Made by a program: the position numbers and the translations under genes
In this document: piece by piece, positions 21,302 to 31,113 of the stretch
Layout of the letters: each line of letters begins with the position of its first letter
How positions within the stretch are numbered: the stretch's first letter is position 1
Notes under the pieces: model-generated
The model's input: the letters and a program-made list of their open reading frames with translations, nothing else
What the model was told of the DNA's origin: nothing
The model's database searches: none
From: Longimicrobiales bacterium
Lineage (GTDB): Bacteria; Gemmatimonadota; Gemmatimonadetes; Longimicrobiales; Gaopeijiaceae
Assembly: GCA_963664435.2 (NCBI GenBank)
Contig: CAXXKM010000002.1
Location: forward strand, 256,001-320,000
Direction: 5' to 3'
DNA length: 64,000 nucleotides

Positions 21302-22237
21302 ATGTCCCACCGGATCGTCTCGCTCATCGCGAGCGCGACCGAGATCGTGTGCGCGCTGGGCTTCGAGCGCGAGCTCGTGGGCCGGTCGCACGAGTGCGAT
21401 CATCCGCCCGGCGTCGCCCGGCTGCCCACCTGCTCCAGCTCGAAGGTGCAGGTGGCGGCCTCTAGCCGGGCCATCGACGACCAGGTGCAGGCGATCGTCC
21501 GGGACGGCCTGTCGGTGTACAGCGTCGACCCCGTCCTTCTGGACCGCCTGGCGCCGACCGTGATCGTCACCCAGACCCAGTGCGAGGTGTGCGCGGTCAG
21601 CCTGAGGGATGTGGAGCGGGCGGTGTGCGACCTGGTGCGCTCGCACCCCGCGATCGTGTCGCTCGAACCGATGGCGCTCGCCGACGTGTGGAGCGACATC
21701 CGAGCGGTCGCGGGGGCACTGGGGGAGCCGGCGCGCGGCGAGGAACTGGTGGCGCGCCTGACGGGTCGGCTCAAGGTGCTCCGCGCCGCTACGAGCACCC
21801 TGCGGCCGCGACCCTCCATCGCCTGCGTCGAGTGGATCGACCCGCTCATGATGGCGGGCAACTGGGTGCCGGAGCTGGTGGAGTGCGCCGGCGGGGTGGA
21901 TCCGCTCGGGGAGGCGGGAAAGCACTCGGGCCATATGGACATCGATGAGCTCGTTGCCGCTGACCCGGATGTGATCGCAATCATGCCCTGCGGGTTCGAT
22001 ATCGAGCGCGCCGAGCGGGAGATGCCCGCGCTCACGGGGCGTCCGGAATGGCGGAGGCTTTCCGCCGTGCGCGCCGGGCGGGTGGTGATCACCGACGGGA
22101 ACCAGTACTTCAACCGGCCGGGACCTCGCGTGGTGGAGTCGGCGGAGATCCTGGCGGAGTGCCTGCACCCCGGGCGCTTCGACTTCGGGCACCGCGCGCG
22201 CGGATGGAGGAACTGGGAGCCGGGCCGGTTCCGCTAA
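21302..22237 (+). CDS. Cobalamin-binding periplasmic protein (BtuF-like)
   Basis: RIVSLIASATEIVCALG, GRSHECD, TQTQCEVCAV, EWIDP, PCGF and FNRPGPR motifs. Confidence 0.85.
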   Translation: MSHRIVSLIASATEIVCALGFERELVGRSHECDHPPGVARLPTCSSSKVQVAASSRAIDDQVQAIVRDGLSVYSVDPVLLDRLAPTVIVTQTQCEVCAVSLRDVERAVCDLVRSHPAIVSLEPMALADVWSDIRAVAGALGEPARGEELVARLTGRLKVLRAATSTLRPRPSIACVEWIDPLMMAGNWVPELVECAGGVDPLGEAGKHSGHMDIDELVAADPDVIAIMPCGFDIERAEREMPALTGRPEWRRLSAVRAGRVVITDGNQYFNRPGPRVVESAEILAECLHPGRFDFGHRARGWRNWEPGRFR

Positions 22238-22303
22238 CTGCTGCGGGCGGATTCCGTAAACCGGGCGGCGCCAGGGGATCCACAGGCCCAACGTCGACGG
22301 GTA

Positions 22304-23236
22304 TCAGCCGCGGGTCCACTCCACGCTGCGCTCCCACAGCTCGCGCGCCAGCGCCCCGTCGCGCGCCTGCGGGCTCGGAGTCTTCTCCCGCTGGACGTGG
22401 AAGTACCGTCCAGTCAGGGCGTCCCGGGAAGGATCCGCTACGAGGTTCATCACCGCCTTGCCGCCCACGTCCGGGCCTGCCATGAACCAGGTGAAGGGAA
22501 GAAACAGCAGGCGCGGGGCCATTGACGTCTTCTTCCAGATCTCCGTCGCCAGCACGCCGGGATGCACCGCATTGGCCGTGATTCCGCGCCCGCCCCAACG
22601 CCGAGCCGTCTCGAAGGTGAAGAGGACGTTGGCCAGCTTCGAGTCCGCGTAGGCCTGCAGGCTCCCGGTCCAGGCGCGGCCGCGGGCGATGTCCTCCAGC
22701 CCCGCCCGCCTCAGATCGCCGCTCTGGTGACCCCGCGAGCTCACGTTGACGATGCGCCCCCGCCCGGCTTCAAGTTGGTCGCGCAGGAGACGGGTGAGCA
22801 GGAAGTGGCCCAGGTGGTTGGTGGCGAAGGTGAGCTCGAACCCCTCCGGCGAATGCACGCAACGTGGCCGCGAGACGCCGGCGTTGTTCACCAGGATGTC
22901 GATCGCCGGCAAGCGGGCGGTCAGCCGCCCGGCCAGCGCGCGCACGTCGTCCTGCCGGGAAAGATCGGCGAGTTCGAGGTCGACCCGAGCTCCAGTGCCC
23001 TTTTCGCCCGCTGTCCCGACAGCGTGAGCGCCCTTCCCGACCTGGCGCTTCGCCCCCGCGGACCCGCCCGCCGCGCGCTCCCGCAGCTCTTCCAGCGCGC
23101 GCTCGCCGCGTTCGCGGCTGCGGCACACCATCGTGACGTGCGCGCCCGCGTCAAGGAGCATCCCGGTCGCCGACCGGCCTACCCCCGAGTTGGCCCCGGT
23201 CACGACGGCCACCTGCCCTTTCAGGGAACCGGCCAT
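22304..23236 (-). CDS. Short-chain dehydrogenase/reductase (retinol-DH-like)
   Basis: TGANSGVG, NNAG, NHLGHF, YADSKLAN and HPG motifs. Confidence 0.92.
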   Translation of the reverse strand: MAGSLKGQVAVVTGANSGVGRSATGMLLDAGAHVTMVCRSRERGERALEELRERAAGGSAGAKRQVGKGAHAVGTAGEKGTGARVDLELADLSRQDDVRALAGRLTARLPAIDILVNNAGVSRPRCVHSPEGFELTFATNHLGHFLLTRLLRDQLEAGRGRIVNVSSRGHQSGDLRRAGLEDIARGRAWTGSLQAYADSKLANVLFTFETARRWGGRGITANAVHPGVLATEIWKKTSMAPRLLFLPFTWFMAGPDVGGKAVMNLVADPSRDALTGRYFHVQREKTPSPQARDGALARELWERSVEWTRG

Positions 23237-23244
23237 CGCCACCG

Positions 23245-25587
23245 TCAGCTGCCGTCCTCAGCCGCGCTCCTCTCCCGCTCTTCCCCGAAGTGCTCGGCGA
23301 ACCAGTCGAACATGCGCTGCCAGTGGTCCACGAAGTCGGCCTCGCTGCTCGCGCGCCCGGCACCGTGCCCGCCCGCGGTGTAGTGCACCCACACCACCTC
23401 CTTCCCCAGCCGCCGCAGCGCGTAGTACATCTCGCGCTGGTTGGTGGCCGGTACGTTCCAGTCGCCCTCGCCCGAGAGCATCAGCAGCGGCGTCTCGATG
23501 CGGTCGGCGAACATCACCGCCGAGTGCTCGATGTACTTGTGCGGCTGTTCCCAAAGCGTCGCTCCGATGCGGTCCTGCCCCACCTCGGCGGCCGCGTAGT
23601 TGCGTGTGGTGATCTTGGGCGAATCCCCCAGGAAGGAGATGATGTTCACCTTGCCCGACACGTTCGCCGCCGCGGCAAAGCGGTCCGTCTGGGTGATGAG
23701 CAGGTTGGTCGCATAGCCGCCGTAGCTCTGACCGTAGACGCCCACCTTCTCCGGGTCGACCAGCCCCCGCTCGATGATCTTGTTGATTGCGTTCGGCACC
23801 GCCTTCAGCCAGGCCTCGCCCGGAAATCCCTCCTCGAAGCGCACCGAGGGCCGGAACCCGAACCATCCCTGCGCGGTGATCAGGTTCATGTTTTCGTTGA
23901 ACCCGTTGTCGAAGTACTGCTCATAGATCTCCGCCACCATCGGGTAGGCTCGTCCCGGCTCGTAGTTGGCCGGATAGTAGAGGATGCCGTAGAGGGTGTT
24001 GCCGTCCACGTCCAGGTACTCGACGAGTTCGCTTCGGGTCAGGGCGACATCCTCGAGCCGGGGATTGGATTCGGTCAGCTGCCGGGGTGAGGTGCCGTCG
24101 CCCCGGGCCACCCAGATCTCGTTGGGATGGTCCCCGTCCGACATGGCGTACACGAAAGTGGAGCCATCCTCGGAGATGTTCCACGAACGATAGAGGGCGT
24201 CGTCCAGCATCAGCGTCTCGATGTTGCCGGAGGCCGTGTCGAGGCGCTTCAGGCCTCGATCCCAGCGATCCCGGGCCGAGTAGCTGAAGTAGAGATGCCG
24301 GCCGTCGCCGCTCCACCCGTGGACCTCCCGGCGGGGGCGTTCCTCTTCGCCCTCTTCGAGTTCGAGCAGGGTGCGCATGTCGTTGGTGTCGAGATCGAGG
24401 AGATGCCAGGCATCCTGCGAGGTCAGCAGAAGAGCGTCGCCGGAAGGACCCCAGCGCTCGACGGAGAACTGCGGGCCGTCGGAATCGGACTCTTCGTCGT
24501 CGGTCGGCGGATTGGCCTCTGTTGCGCCGTTGGCGGATTCGGCTGGCGCCGGTCGATGACCCTCGGTCACATCTACCGCCTCGTCCTCGTCGAGCCGCCG
24601 TACGAAGACGGAGCCGTCCTCGGCGTAGGCGAAAGCGTCCCGGGCGTCGCTCCACGAGATGTTCAAGCGCTCCTCGCCCGTGTCCCGGAGCGATTCGGGC
24701 TCGGCCCCGGTTTCCAGCCCGAGCCGGAAGAGCTCGTACTCGGTACCGTCGCGCCGAGTATACGACGTCTTCGTGCGCGTGGCCGTCGAAAACGTGATGA
24801 AGGTCCCGTCCTCGGAGAAGCCCGGAGCGACGAGCGTCTCGCCGGAGAGCACCTCCCGCACCGAGCCGTCGGCGACGGAGACGAGCACCGTTTCCTGCCG
24901 GTTGGCGAGGTTTCGTACACGGTCCCAGGCGAGGAAGTCGTTCCGGGAGTCCTGCACGATGACGGACGCGTCGGTCAGGGCGTGGAACGCCGCGCGCGCC
25001 TCATCCGCCCAGCCCCGGGGGCGAAGTCCGAGGAGGAGGCTGGTCCCATCCGGCGACCAGACCAGCGGCGAGGACGAAGCGATCTCGTTGTCCGTGCGGA
25101 GCGAGACGGCCCTGCCCGCACCCGCGCCCGCGTCGAAGATGCGGAGCCGGTACTGCCCGTCCTCCACGGCGAAGTAGGCCAGGTGCCGTCCGTCCGGCGA
25201 CCATGCATGGCCGCGCAACTGCGCCGGATCCTCGTGCACCCAGGTACGGTCGCCGCTCTCGGTGTCGATGACCATCAGCCGGGTCGACACGGGCGAAATG
25301 TAGGTGGGGTCGCCAAAGCGCTGGTGGTCGACGTCGGTGCGATCCCGCCGGGTCGTGACCGTGATGGCCACGCGCCCGCCGTCCTCCGTCACGGCCACAA
25401 TGCCCGGTGTGCGCACGTCGAGCGCCACCTCCGGGGTGAAGGGTTGCTGCTGGGCGGTGACGGGGACCGGCGTGGAGAATGCCAGCACAACACCGCAGGC
25501 GGCGGCGACGACGCCGGGTGCGCGGACGATGAACGACGGAATCACCGATAAGGCGCGGGAAGCAGTGATGGGTCGGACAATACTCAT
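23245..25587 (-). CDS. S9 family prolyl oligopeptidase / acylaminoacyl peptidase
   Basis: Beta-propeller WSPDG repeats; GQSYGG, GEGDWNV and GGHG catalytic motifs; signal peptide. Confidence 0.9.
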   Translation of the reverse strand: MSIVRPITASRALSVIPSFIVRAPGVVAAACGVVLAFSTPVPVTAQQQPFTPEVALDVRTPGIVAVTEDGGRVAITVTTRRDRTDVDHQRFGDPTYISPVSTRLMVIDTESGDRTWVHEDPAQLRGHAWSPDGRHLAYFAVEDGQYRLRIFDAGAGAGRAVSLRTDNEIASSSPLVWSPDGTSLLLGLRPRGWADEARAAFHALTDASVIVQDSRNDFLAWDRVRNLANRQETVLVSVADGSVREVLSGETLVAPGFSEDGTFITFSTATRTKTSYTRRDGTEYELFRLGLETGAEPESLRDTGEERLNISWSDARDAFAYAEDGSVFVRRLDEDEAVDVTEGHRPAPAESANGATEANPPTDDEESDSDGPQFSVERWGPSGDALLLTSQDAWHLLDLDTNDMRTLLELEEGEEERPRREVHGWSGDGRHLYFSYSARDRWDRGLKRLDTASGNIETLMLDDALYRSWNISEDGSTFVYAMSDGDHPNEIWVARGDGTSPRQLTESNPRLEDVALTRSELVEYLDVDGNTLYGILYYPANYEPGRAYPMVAEIYEQYFDNGFNENMNLITAQGWFGFRPSVRFEEGFPGEAWLKAVPNAINKIIERGLVDPEKVGVYGQSYGGYATNLLITQTDRFAAAANVSGKVNIISFLGDSPKITTRNYAAAEVGQDRIGATLWEQPHKYIEHSAVMFADRIETPLLMLSGEGDWNVPATNQREMYYALRRLGKEVVWVHYTAGGHGAGRASSEADFVDHWQRMFDWFAEHFGEERERSAAEDGS

Positions 25588-25779
25588 GGACAGGATCACT
25601 TCCGAGAGGTGGCACGGATTCTCAGGGCTGCAACGTACGTCCCCGCGGCTCAGGTGCGAAAGCGGATGCCAGAAGACCAGGTTGAGCACCGCGACGGCGG
25701 CCATCATGGCAGCAGGCGCAACCCCGAGGCGCTGGGTTGCCCGGGACCGGTCGCCCTCTCGACCGACTCGCTGGTACCG

Positions 25780-26355
25780 CTACTCCCGCGCCCGCATCCA
25801 GAAAGCCACGGTCGCGCAGGCGAACGACGCGACCCACGCCAGGTAGCCGAACTGCAGCGTTTTGTCGCCTTCGCTCGCGACCCAGGAGGGCCAGAACCAC
25901 GCGTTCAGGACAGTGGCCGCGGCCAGGACGAGCACCGGCCAGCGCGCGTCGGACGACCATCTGCCATGCATGGCGCTTCCCAGGATCAGCAGCGTGGTCA
26001 ACGCGCTGATCACGCCGAGAGGTCCCGCCGCCCCTCCAACGGCCAAAAGGAACGCATGATAGCCCGTTACGAGGTCTTCGAACACCTGAGAGTCGTCCCG
26101 AGAGGGAGGTGCCGGCGAGGTTTCCCTCGGCTCGGCGGACGTAGCGGAGGCTTCGGTTGCGGTCGAATCAGCCGGAGGTGGTGGAGGAGCCGGGGCATCA
26201 GGGGCATCACAGGAGTACGACAACGCCGGCAACAGGAACGAAACCGCGAACAGCAACCAGCTGGCAGACAACACACGCCGCCAGCGTGGCGCAAGGAACC
26301 GCGCAAGCCTCCCGTGGCGCCCGTTCACCCTCGTCGGTAGTCCGGCGTGCGGCAT
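25780..26355 (-). CDS. Hypothetical membrane protein
   Basis: GGAGG RBS before ATG 26355; several hydrophobic helices and a Pro-rich loop. Confidence 0.6.
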   Translation of the reverse strand: MPHAGLPTRVNGRHGRLARFLAPRWRRVLSASWLLFAVSFLLPALSYSCDAPDAPAPPPPPADSTATEASATSAEPRETSPAPPSRDDSQVFEDLVTGYHAFLLAVGGAAGPLGVISALTTLLILGSAMHGRWSSDARWPVLVLAAATVLNAWFWPSWVASEGDKTLQFGYLAWVASFACATVAFWMRARE

Positions 26356-26381
26356 CTCGCTGCCTCCTCCGGCTGGGTGGA

Positions 26382-26969
26382 TCAACCCGGCGGCCCGTCC
26401 GGATGCAGTTCGCAGGTCGGCGGCTGAAGCCGGGTCCAGGAGAGCGAGGTGATCTGCCAGTCCCCGCCGTCGCGCATGAGAATGAAGGCGTCGGCCCCGC
26501 AGTGGCTCAGGTCTTCGCCCACGTAGAAGTCGTACGGCGTCCAGACCATCGCGAGGTCGCCGCTGATGCGCACTTCAGGATCCCACATGCGCTCGGTCAT
26601 GCGCGGCCCTTCGGCTTCAAGGCGGGCAACCATGCCGTCCAGCGTGGATGTGGAGGAGGAGCGCTCCCCATCGGCCGACAGCTCCACCGAATGCATCAGG
26701 ATGTCGGGATGCAGGATGGCGGTCAGCAGCTCCGTGTCCCGTTCGCCGAGGGCGTCGAAGAGCGACTGGACGGTGGCGAGAATCGCCGCCCGGTCGGCAT
26801 CCGAAGGCATGTGATCGGCGGATGCCATGGCCTGGGCCATGGGCGCGCCCCCGTCGGCGGCCGACATCATGGTCCCGGCCTCCGAGCCCTCGCCCTGTTG
26901 GTCTCCGGAAGAGCTGCACGCGGCAAGCGCGAAGGTGGCGAGGACGGAAACAGCGGTGTTGCGGATCAC
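26382..26969 (-). CDS. NTF2-like (DUF4440/lumazine-binding-like) lipoprotein
   Basis: Lipobox LAAC; VWTPYDFY...SHCGADAF...WQI motif. Confidence 0.8.
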   Translation of the reverse strand: MIRNTAVSVLATFALAACSSSGDQQGEGSEAGTMMSAADGGAPMAQAMASADHMPSDADRAAILATVQSLFDALGERDTELLTAILHPDILMHSVELSADGERSSSTSTLDGMVARLEAEGPRMTERMWDPEVRISGDLAMVWTPYDFYVGEDLSHCGADAFILMRDGGDWQITSLSWTRLQPPTCELHPDGPPG

Positions 26970-27127
26970 GATATGGTTCCTCCCGGGGACGGCGGGGAAT
27001 CAGCCTCTCACAAGGTCGATGCACGGTCCTTCAACGTATTGCCGCCGTGCCCGCCTCGCAGCCCGCCCCGCAACCGGCCCGGGAAGACCGCGGACATCGC
27101 CTGTCGAAAACCTGACCCGCCCCCCAT

Positions 27128-28657
27128 CTACCAGAAGACGACGTACAGCACCGCCGCCCCGGCGATCACCCCGCCGGCCCAGAACCGCCCGCCCGGCGCC
27201 GGCGTCAGATCCACGGCCGCTTCGGACCGCGGCAGCGCGCGCGCTTCCTCCAGCGGACGCACTCGCGTGACCATCCCCATGAACGCGCAGATCACCAGGA
27301 ACGTGATCGCCATGTGGTGCAGGAACGCCACTTCGGGAAGCAGCCATAGGAGCAGACCGTAGACCGGAACCCCGAGCAGCATGCCGCCGAAAGCTGCCCG
27401 CGGCGGCGTCCGGGGCACGAACAGGCCGAACAGGAAGGCGGCCACGATCCCGGGCGAAATGAAGCCCCAGAACATCTGGATGTACTCGAAGACGCTCCCC
27501 GCCCGCGCGACCAGCGGCGCCCACAGACACCCCACCACGGCCAGAACCGCGGTCGTCACCCGCCCGACCGTCATGAGCCGGCGCGATGAGGCCTGCGGGC
27601 GCAGGTGCCGCTTGTAGAGGTCGACGCTGAAGATCGTCGCCGCCGAGTTGAGCATCGAGTCAAGCGAACTCATCACCGCCCCGAAGAGCGCCGCGAACAT
27701 GAGCCCGGTGAGACCCGCGGGCAGCAGCTCGCGCATCATCACCGGGTACGCCTGGTCCGGATTCGACACCTGCTCGGCGAACAGCTCCGCGGCCATGATC
27801 CCGGGGAAGACGATGATGAAGGGGATGAGCAGCTTGATGAAGCCGGCCAGGAAGATGCCGCGCTGCGCGTCGGCCAGGCTGCGGGCGGCCAGCGTCCGCT
27901 GGGTGATGAACTGGTTCAATCCCCAGTAGAAGATGTTGGGGATCCAGAGCCCGCCGATGAAGACCGCAAGCCACGGCATCTCGGGATGATTCCATGGGAG
28001 AACGGTGTGAAGCTTGCCCTCGGCGGCCGCGAGAAAGGGTTCGATGCCCCCGATCGCGCGAAAGCCGAGCACCGTCACCAGCACGCCGCCCAGCAGCAGG
28101 GCCACGCCCTGGATGAGATCGGACCACACGACGGCCCTCAATCCGCCGTAGATGGTGTATCCGCCGGCCAGCACGCCGATCAGCCAGATGCCCGCCCCGA
28201 TGTCCAGCCCGAAGATGGATTCCAGCGCAAGCGCCCCGGAGTACAGCACCGTGGCAAGGGCGACCAGGACATACGCCGCCATGATGTACATTGCCATGAG
28301 CGTGCGCGTGCGCACGTCGTAGCGGTACTCGAGGAACTCCGGGATGGTGTAGATGCCCGCCTGCAGGAAGCGCGGGAGGAAGAACAGGCCCACCAGCACG
28401 AGCGTGACCGCGGCCATCCACTCGTAGCTGGCGATGGCGAGCCCGAGATCGTACCCGCGGCCCGCCATGCCTACGAAGTGCTCCGTGGAGATGTTGGACG
28501 CGATCAGGGAGAAGCCGATCAGCCACCACGGCAGATTGCGGCCCGCGAGGAAGTAGCCCGCCGCATCGTGCCTGCCGCGGGAGGCGTACAGCGACACCCC
28601 CACCACGAGGGCCAGGAAGCCCGCGAAGGCGGCGAGGTCGAGCGGTTGGAAGGTCAC
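27128..28657 (-). CDS. Sodium:solute symporter (SSS, SGLT-like)
   Basis: YFLAGRNLPWW, ASNISTEHFVG, GGLRAVVWSD, NQFITQR and MSSLDSMLNS motifs. Confidence 0.95.
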   Translation of the reverse strand: MTFQPLDLAAFAGFLALVVGVSLYASRGRHDAAGYFLAGRNLPWWLIGFSLIASNISTEHFVGMAGRGYDLGLAIASYEWMAAVTLVLVGLFFLPRFLQAGIYTIPEFLEYRYDVRTRTLMAMYIMAAYVLVALATVLYSGALALESIFGLDIGAGIWLIGVLAGGYTIYGGLRAVVWSDLIQGVALLLGGVLVTVLGFRAIGGIEPFLAAAEGKLHTVLPWNHPEMPWLAVFIGGLWIPNIFYWGLNQFITQRTLAARSLADAQRGIFLAGFIKLLIPFIIVFPGIMAAELFAEQVSNPDQAYPVMMRELLPAGLTGLMFAALFGAVMSSLDSMLNSAATIFSVDLYKRHLRPQASSRRLMTVGRVTTAVLAVVGCLWAPLVARAGSVFEYIQMFWGFISPGIVAAFLFGLFVPRTPPRAAFGGMLLGVPVYGLLLWLLPEVAFLHHMAITFLVICAFMGMVTRVRPLEEARALPRSEAAVDLTPAPGGRFWAGGVIAGAAVLYVVFW

Positions 28658-28714
28658 GGATCACGTTCTCGTCCACGGGGAGGCACGGGAAGGATACGCC
28701 CTGCAGACCCGGAC

Positions 28715-28735
28715 CTGGTGTGACCAGTATGGTCA
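28715..28735. promoter_or_regulatory. Overlapping inverted repeats upstream of the symporter; putative GntR/FadR-type operator
   Basis: CTGGT-GTG-ACCAG (28715-28727) and TGACCA-GTA-TGGTCA (28721-28735). Confidence 0.45.
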
Positions 28736-28898
28736 AGACAGGCCGATCGGCCGTCAAGCTCAACGCACGGCACCCTGACGCAACTTAAGGGCCTACCGTC
28801 GCCGCCAGTGACGGGAATCCGGACGGCCGCGGTGGGGCGATGCTAGTTTCGACCATGGGAACAACCATGACGGCATTGATTCAGGAGCCTCGAGAGCG

Positions 28899-29135
28899 GT
28901 GACCGGATACCTGTTCGTGGCGCTCGCGGTGCTCGTGGCCCTGGCCGGATGGCGGGTCCGGAACCGGCTGCGTCACCGGACCCGGAGCGGGGTGACGGAT
29001 GAGATCGTCCATGAAATCGAGACGCTCGGGCGTGTGGACGCGGAGGATGTCGAGCCGGTGGACCTGGAGCGGGCGCGGGCCGAAGAGGACGAGTTCTGGG
29101 CCCAAACCTGGGACCAGCCTGAAGAGGACTGGTAG
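28899..29135 (+). CDS. Small hypothetical membrane-anchored protein
   Basis: N-terminal TM helix, acidic tail ending FWAQTWDQPEEDW. Confidence 0.7.
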   Translation: MTGYLFVALAVLVALAGWRVRNRLRHRTRSGVTDEIVHEIETLGRVDAEDVEPVDLERARAEEDEFWAQTWDQPEEDW

Positions 29136-29137
29136 GC

Positions 29138-29156
29138 CCTTGACCCTGACGTAACG
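29138..29156 (+). repeat. Partial att-core copy CCTTGACCCTGACGTAACG
   Basis: 19/19 identical to 59765-59783. Confidence 0.8.
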
Positions 29157-29282
29157 GGGGGGAGGTTACACTGGAACCATTCCCCGGTGGCTACCGGGGT
29201 GCATCCCGCCGATACCCGCCCACGAGGGGATCGTATCAACGGGATCGGCGACGGGATTTTGTCGGTCAGCGGGGCAGCAGGG

Positions 29283-29753
29283 CTATGGGGAAACGTGGGC
29301 TTCCGGATCGCGATCTGCCACCACGTCCAGGGCGATGCCGTGCTCCAGCCATGCCTTGAGCGCGGCGAGGACGAGAGTGAAACCGCCCATACAGTCGAGT
29401 GCCATGCCGACAACCTCCTCTTCGGTCCCCCGGAACCCGGTGTTGGAGATCTGAACGAGGGTCGCTTCCGCTCCGAGCGAAGTGAACTGCCACTCCACGG
29501 TCGTCGAGGGCTCGCCCCATTCGATGAGGATGCTGGAGGGCCGCTCGATCGCCTTGACGTGGACATCGGCAGAGACGCCGTAAATCTCCCACTCCCAGGT
29601 CACCTTCGCGCCCGGCTCCAGCGTTCCGCTGCTCCTGGTGAACCAGAAGCGGGTAGTGATGGTGGGATCGATGAACGCGTCGAATACCTCGTCGGCCGGC
29701 CGCCGGACGAGCATCTGTGCCTGAACGACAGGATCGATCACCTCGCCTCCCAA
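29283..29753 (-). CDS. SRPBCC/AHSA1 domain protein
   Basis: VFDAFIDPTITTRFWFTRSSG..LEPG..VTWEW; C-terminal helix LAALKAWLEHGI. Confidence 0.85.
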   Translation of the reverse strand: MGGEVIDPVVQAQMLVRRPADEVFDAFIDPTITTRFWFTRSSGTLEPGAKVTWEWEIYGVSADVHVKAIERPSSILIEWGEPSTTVEWQFTSLGAEATLVQISNTGFRGTEEEVVGMALDCMGGFTLVLAALKAWLEHGIALDVVADRDPEAHVSP

Positions 29754-29903
29754 CGGTCGGGGCGCTCATCTGCGACCGTCAGATGGTCGACTGGTCGCTC
29801 GGTACCATCCTGGCACATCGCGATGCCGCCGGGAAGGGCGTCCCCTTGATCCTGACGTAACGTCATGCGGTGTCATGTTTGTATCTTTCTGTGGTCGTTG
29901 GCG

Positions 29904-31113
29904 TTACGTGTTCGGCAGCCCGGATTCCCGCTGTTTGACTCCCGCTATTCTCGACTCCCGTCGCGACCCGCGGCGGCGGGCTTCCAGAGCGTTCCGAAGC
30001 TGTCCTTCATCGGCTCGCTGATAGCACTGAAGCACCGTCTTGGCGGTCTTCCAGCCTCCGAGTTCGCACAACACTTTGAGCGGTTGGTCCATGAGGTCGG
30101 AGGCAAACTTCCGCCTCAAGGAGTGCCAGCCTCTCCCGCGCTTGGGTTCCAACCCCGCCAGCTTCTGGGCCCTGTCCCACCAAAAGCGTACAAGCGTCCG
30201 TCCCGCGCATCTCGAAGCGTCCCTCGGCGCAGGGAGCACCGGACCGTTGCCGGTCCCCGGGCTTCTACGTCGCGCCTCCATGAGGGCTGCGCTCGCCTCA
30301 GCAGTCACCGGTGTGTAGTGCTCGTATCCTGTCTTCTCGTGCTCCGCCCGCCACCGAACCGTTTCCGCTTCAAGATCGATATCCGACCATCGGAGCTGGC
30401 GAATGGCTCCGATGCGGTGTCCCGTCTCGTGCGCGAGCACGAGCGCGACGTAGAAGCGCCAATTGACCTGCCCGGACACTCCGAGAAGCGCCTGGTATTC
30501 CTCTTCGGACAACACCACTCGCGTGGGGTTCTTCTCCGTGGGCGTCTTCAGGCCTCTCAGGGGATTCGAGTCAAGGAGCAGGTTGCCCTGCACGTCCCTC
30601 GACTTGGCGGCCCAGTTGAGCACGGCGATCAGGAACTTCAGGTCGCTTTCGATGGTCCGGTCGGACACCGGCCTGCCGCTCGGGCCGATCTTGCCCGCGC
30701 GCCGTGCCCGGATGAACCGGTCCCAGTCGCGCTGAGAGAGCGTCGCGGGACTCCGGCCCCGTCCGAAGAACCGGAGGAACATCGTTGTCGCCGCCCGGTC
30801 GGATCGTTGAGATGTCTCCGCCTTCGTGGGCGTCACCTCTTCACCGTAGATGTCAAAGAGCCTCTCCAGCGTGAGCGGCTCGGGTTCCTTGTGGCCGTTC
30901 GGCTCCGGCTTTGCGAACCCTGCGGCGAACTCGTCCGCCTCCCGCTTCGCGCGCCTCCAGTCGCGGTGCTTCAGCGACCGGGTGAGCCTGCGTCCGTTCT
31001 CGCGCCACTCCATCTGGTACAGGCCGGTCTTGGCGTCGGGAAACACCCTCACCCGGTTCCGGCCCCATTCACCGGCGCCGTAAGAGCGCCGACTTCCGTT
31101 TCGTGCGTGCCAT
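29904..31113 (-). CDS. Tyrosine recombinase/integrase, with an apparent +1 frameshift near codon 7
   Basis: Catalytic TGHRIGA, HEKTG, WHSLRR, LGGW and CYQ; RBS+ATG at 31113 is out of frame with the main ORF 29904-31052. Confidence 0.9.
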
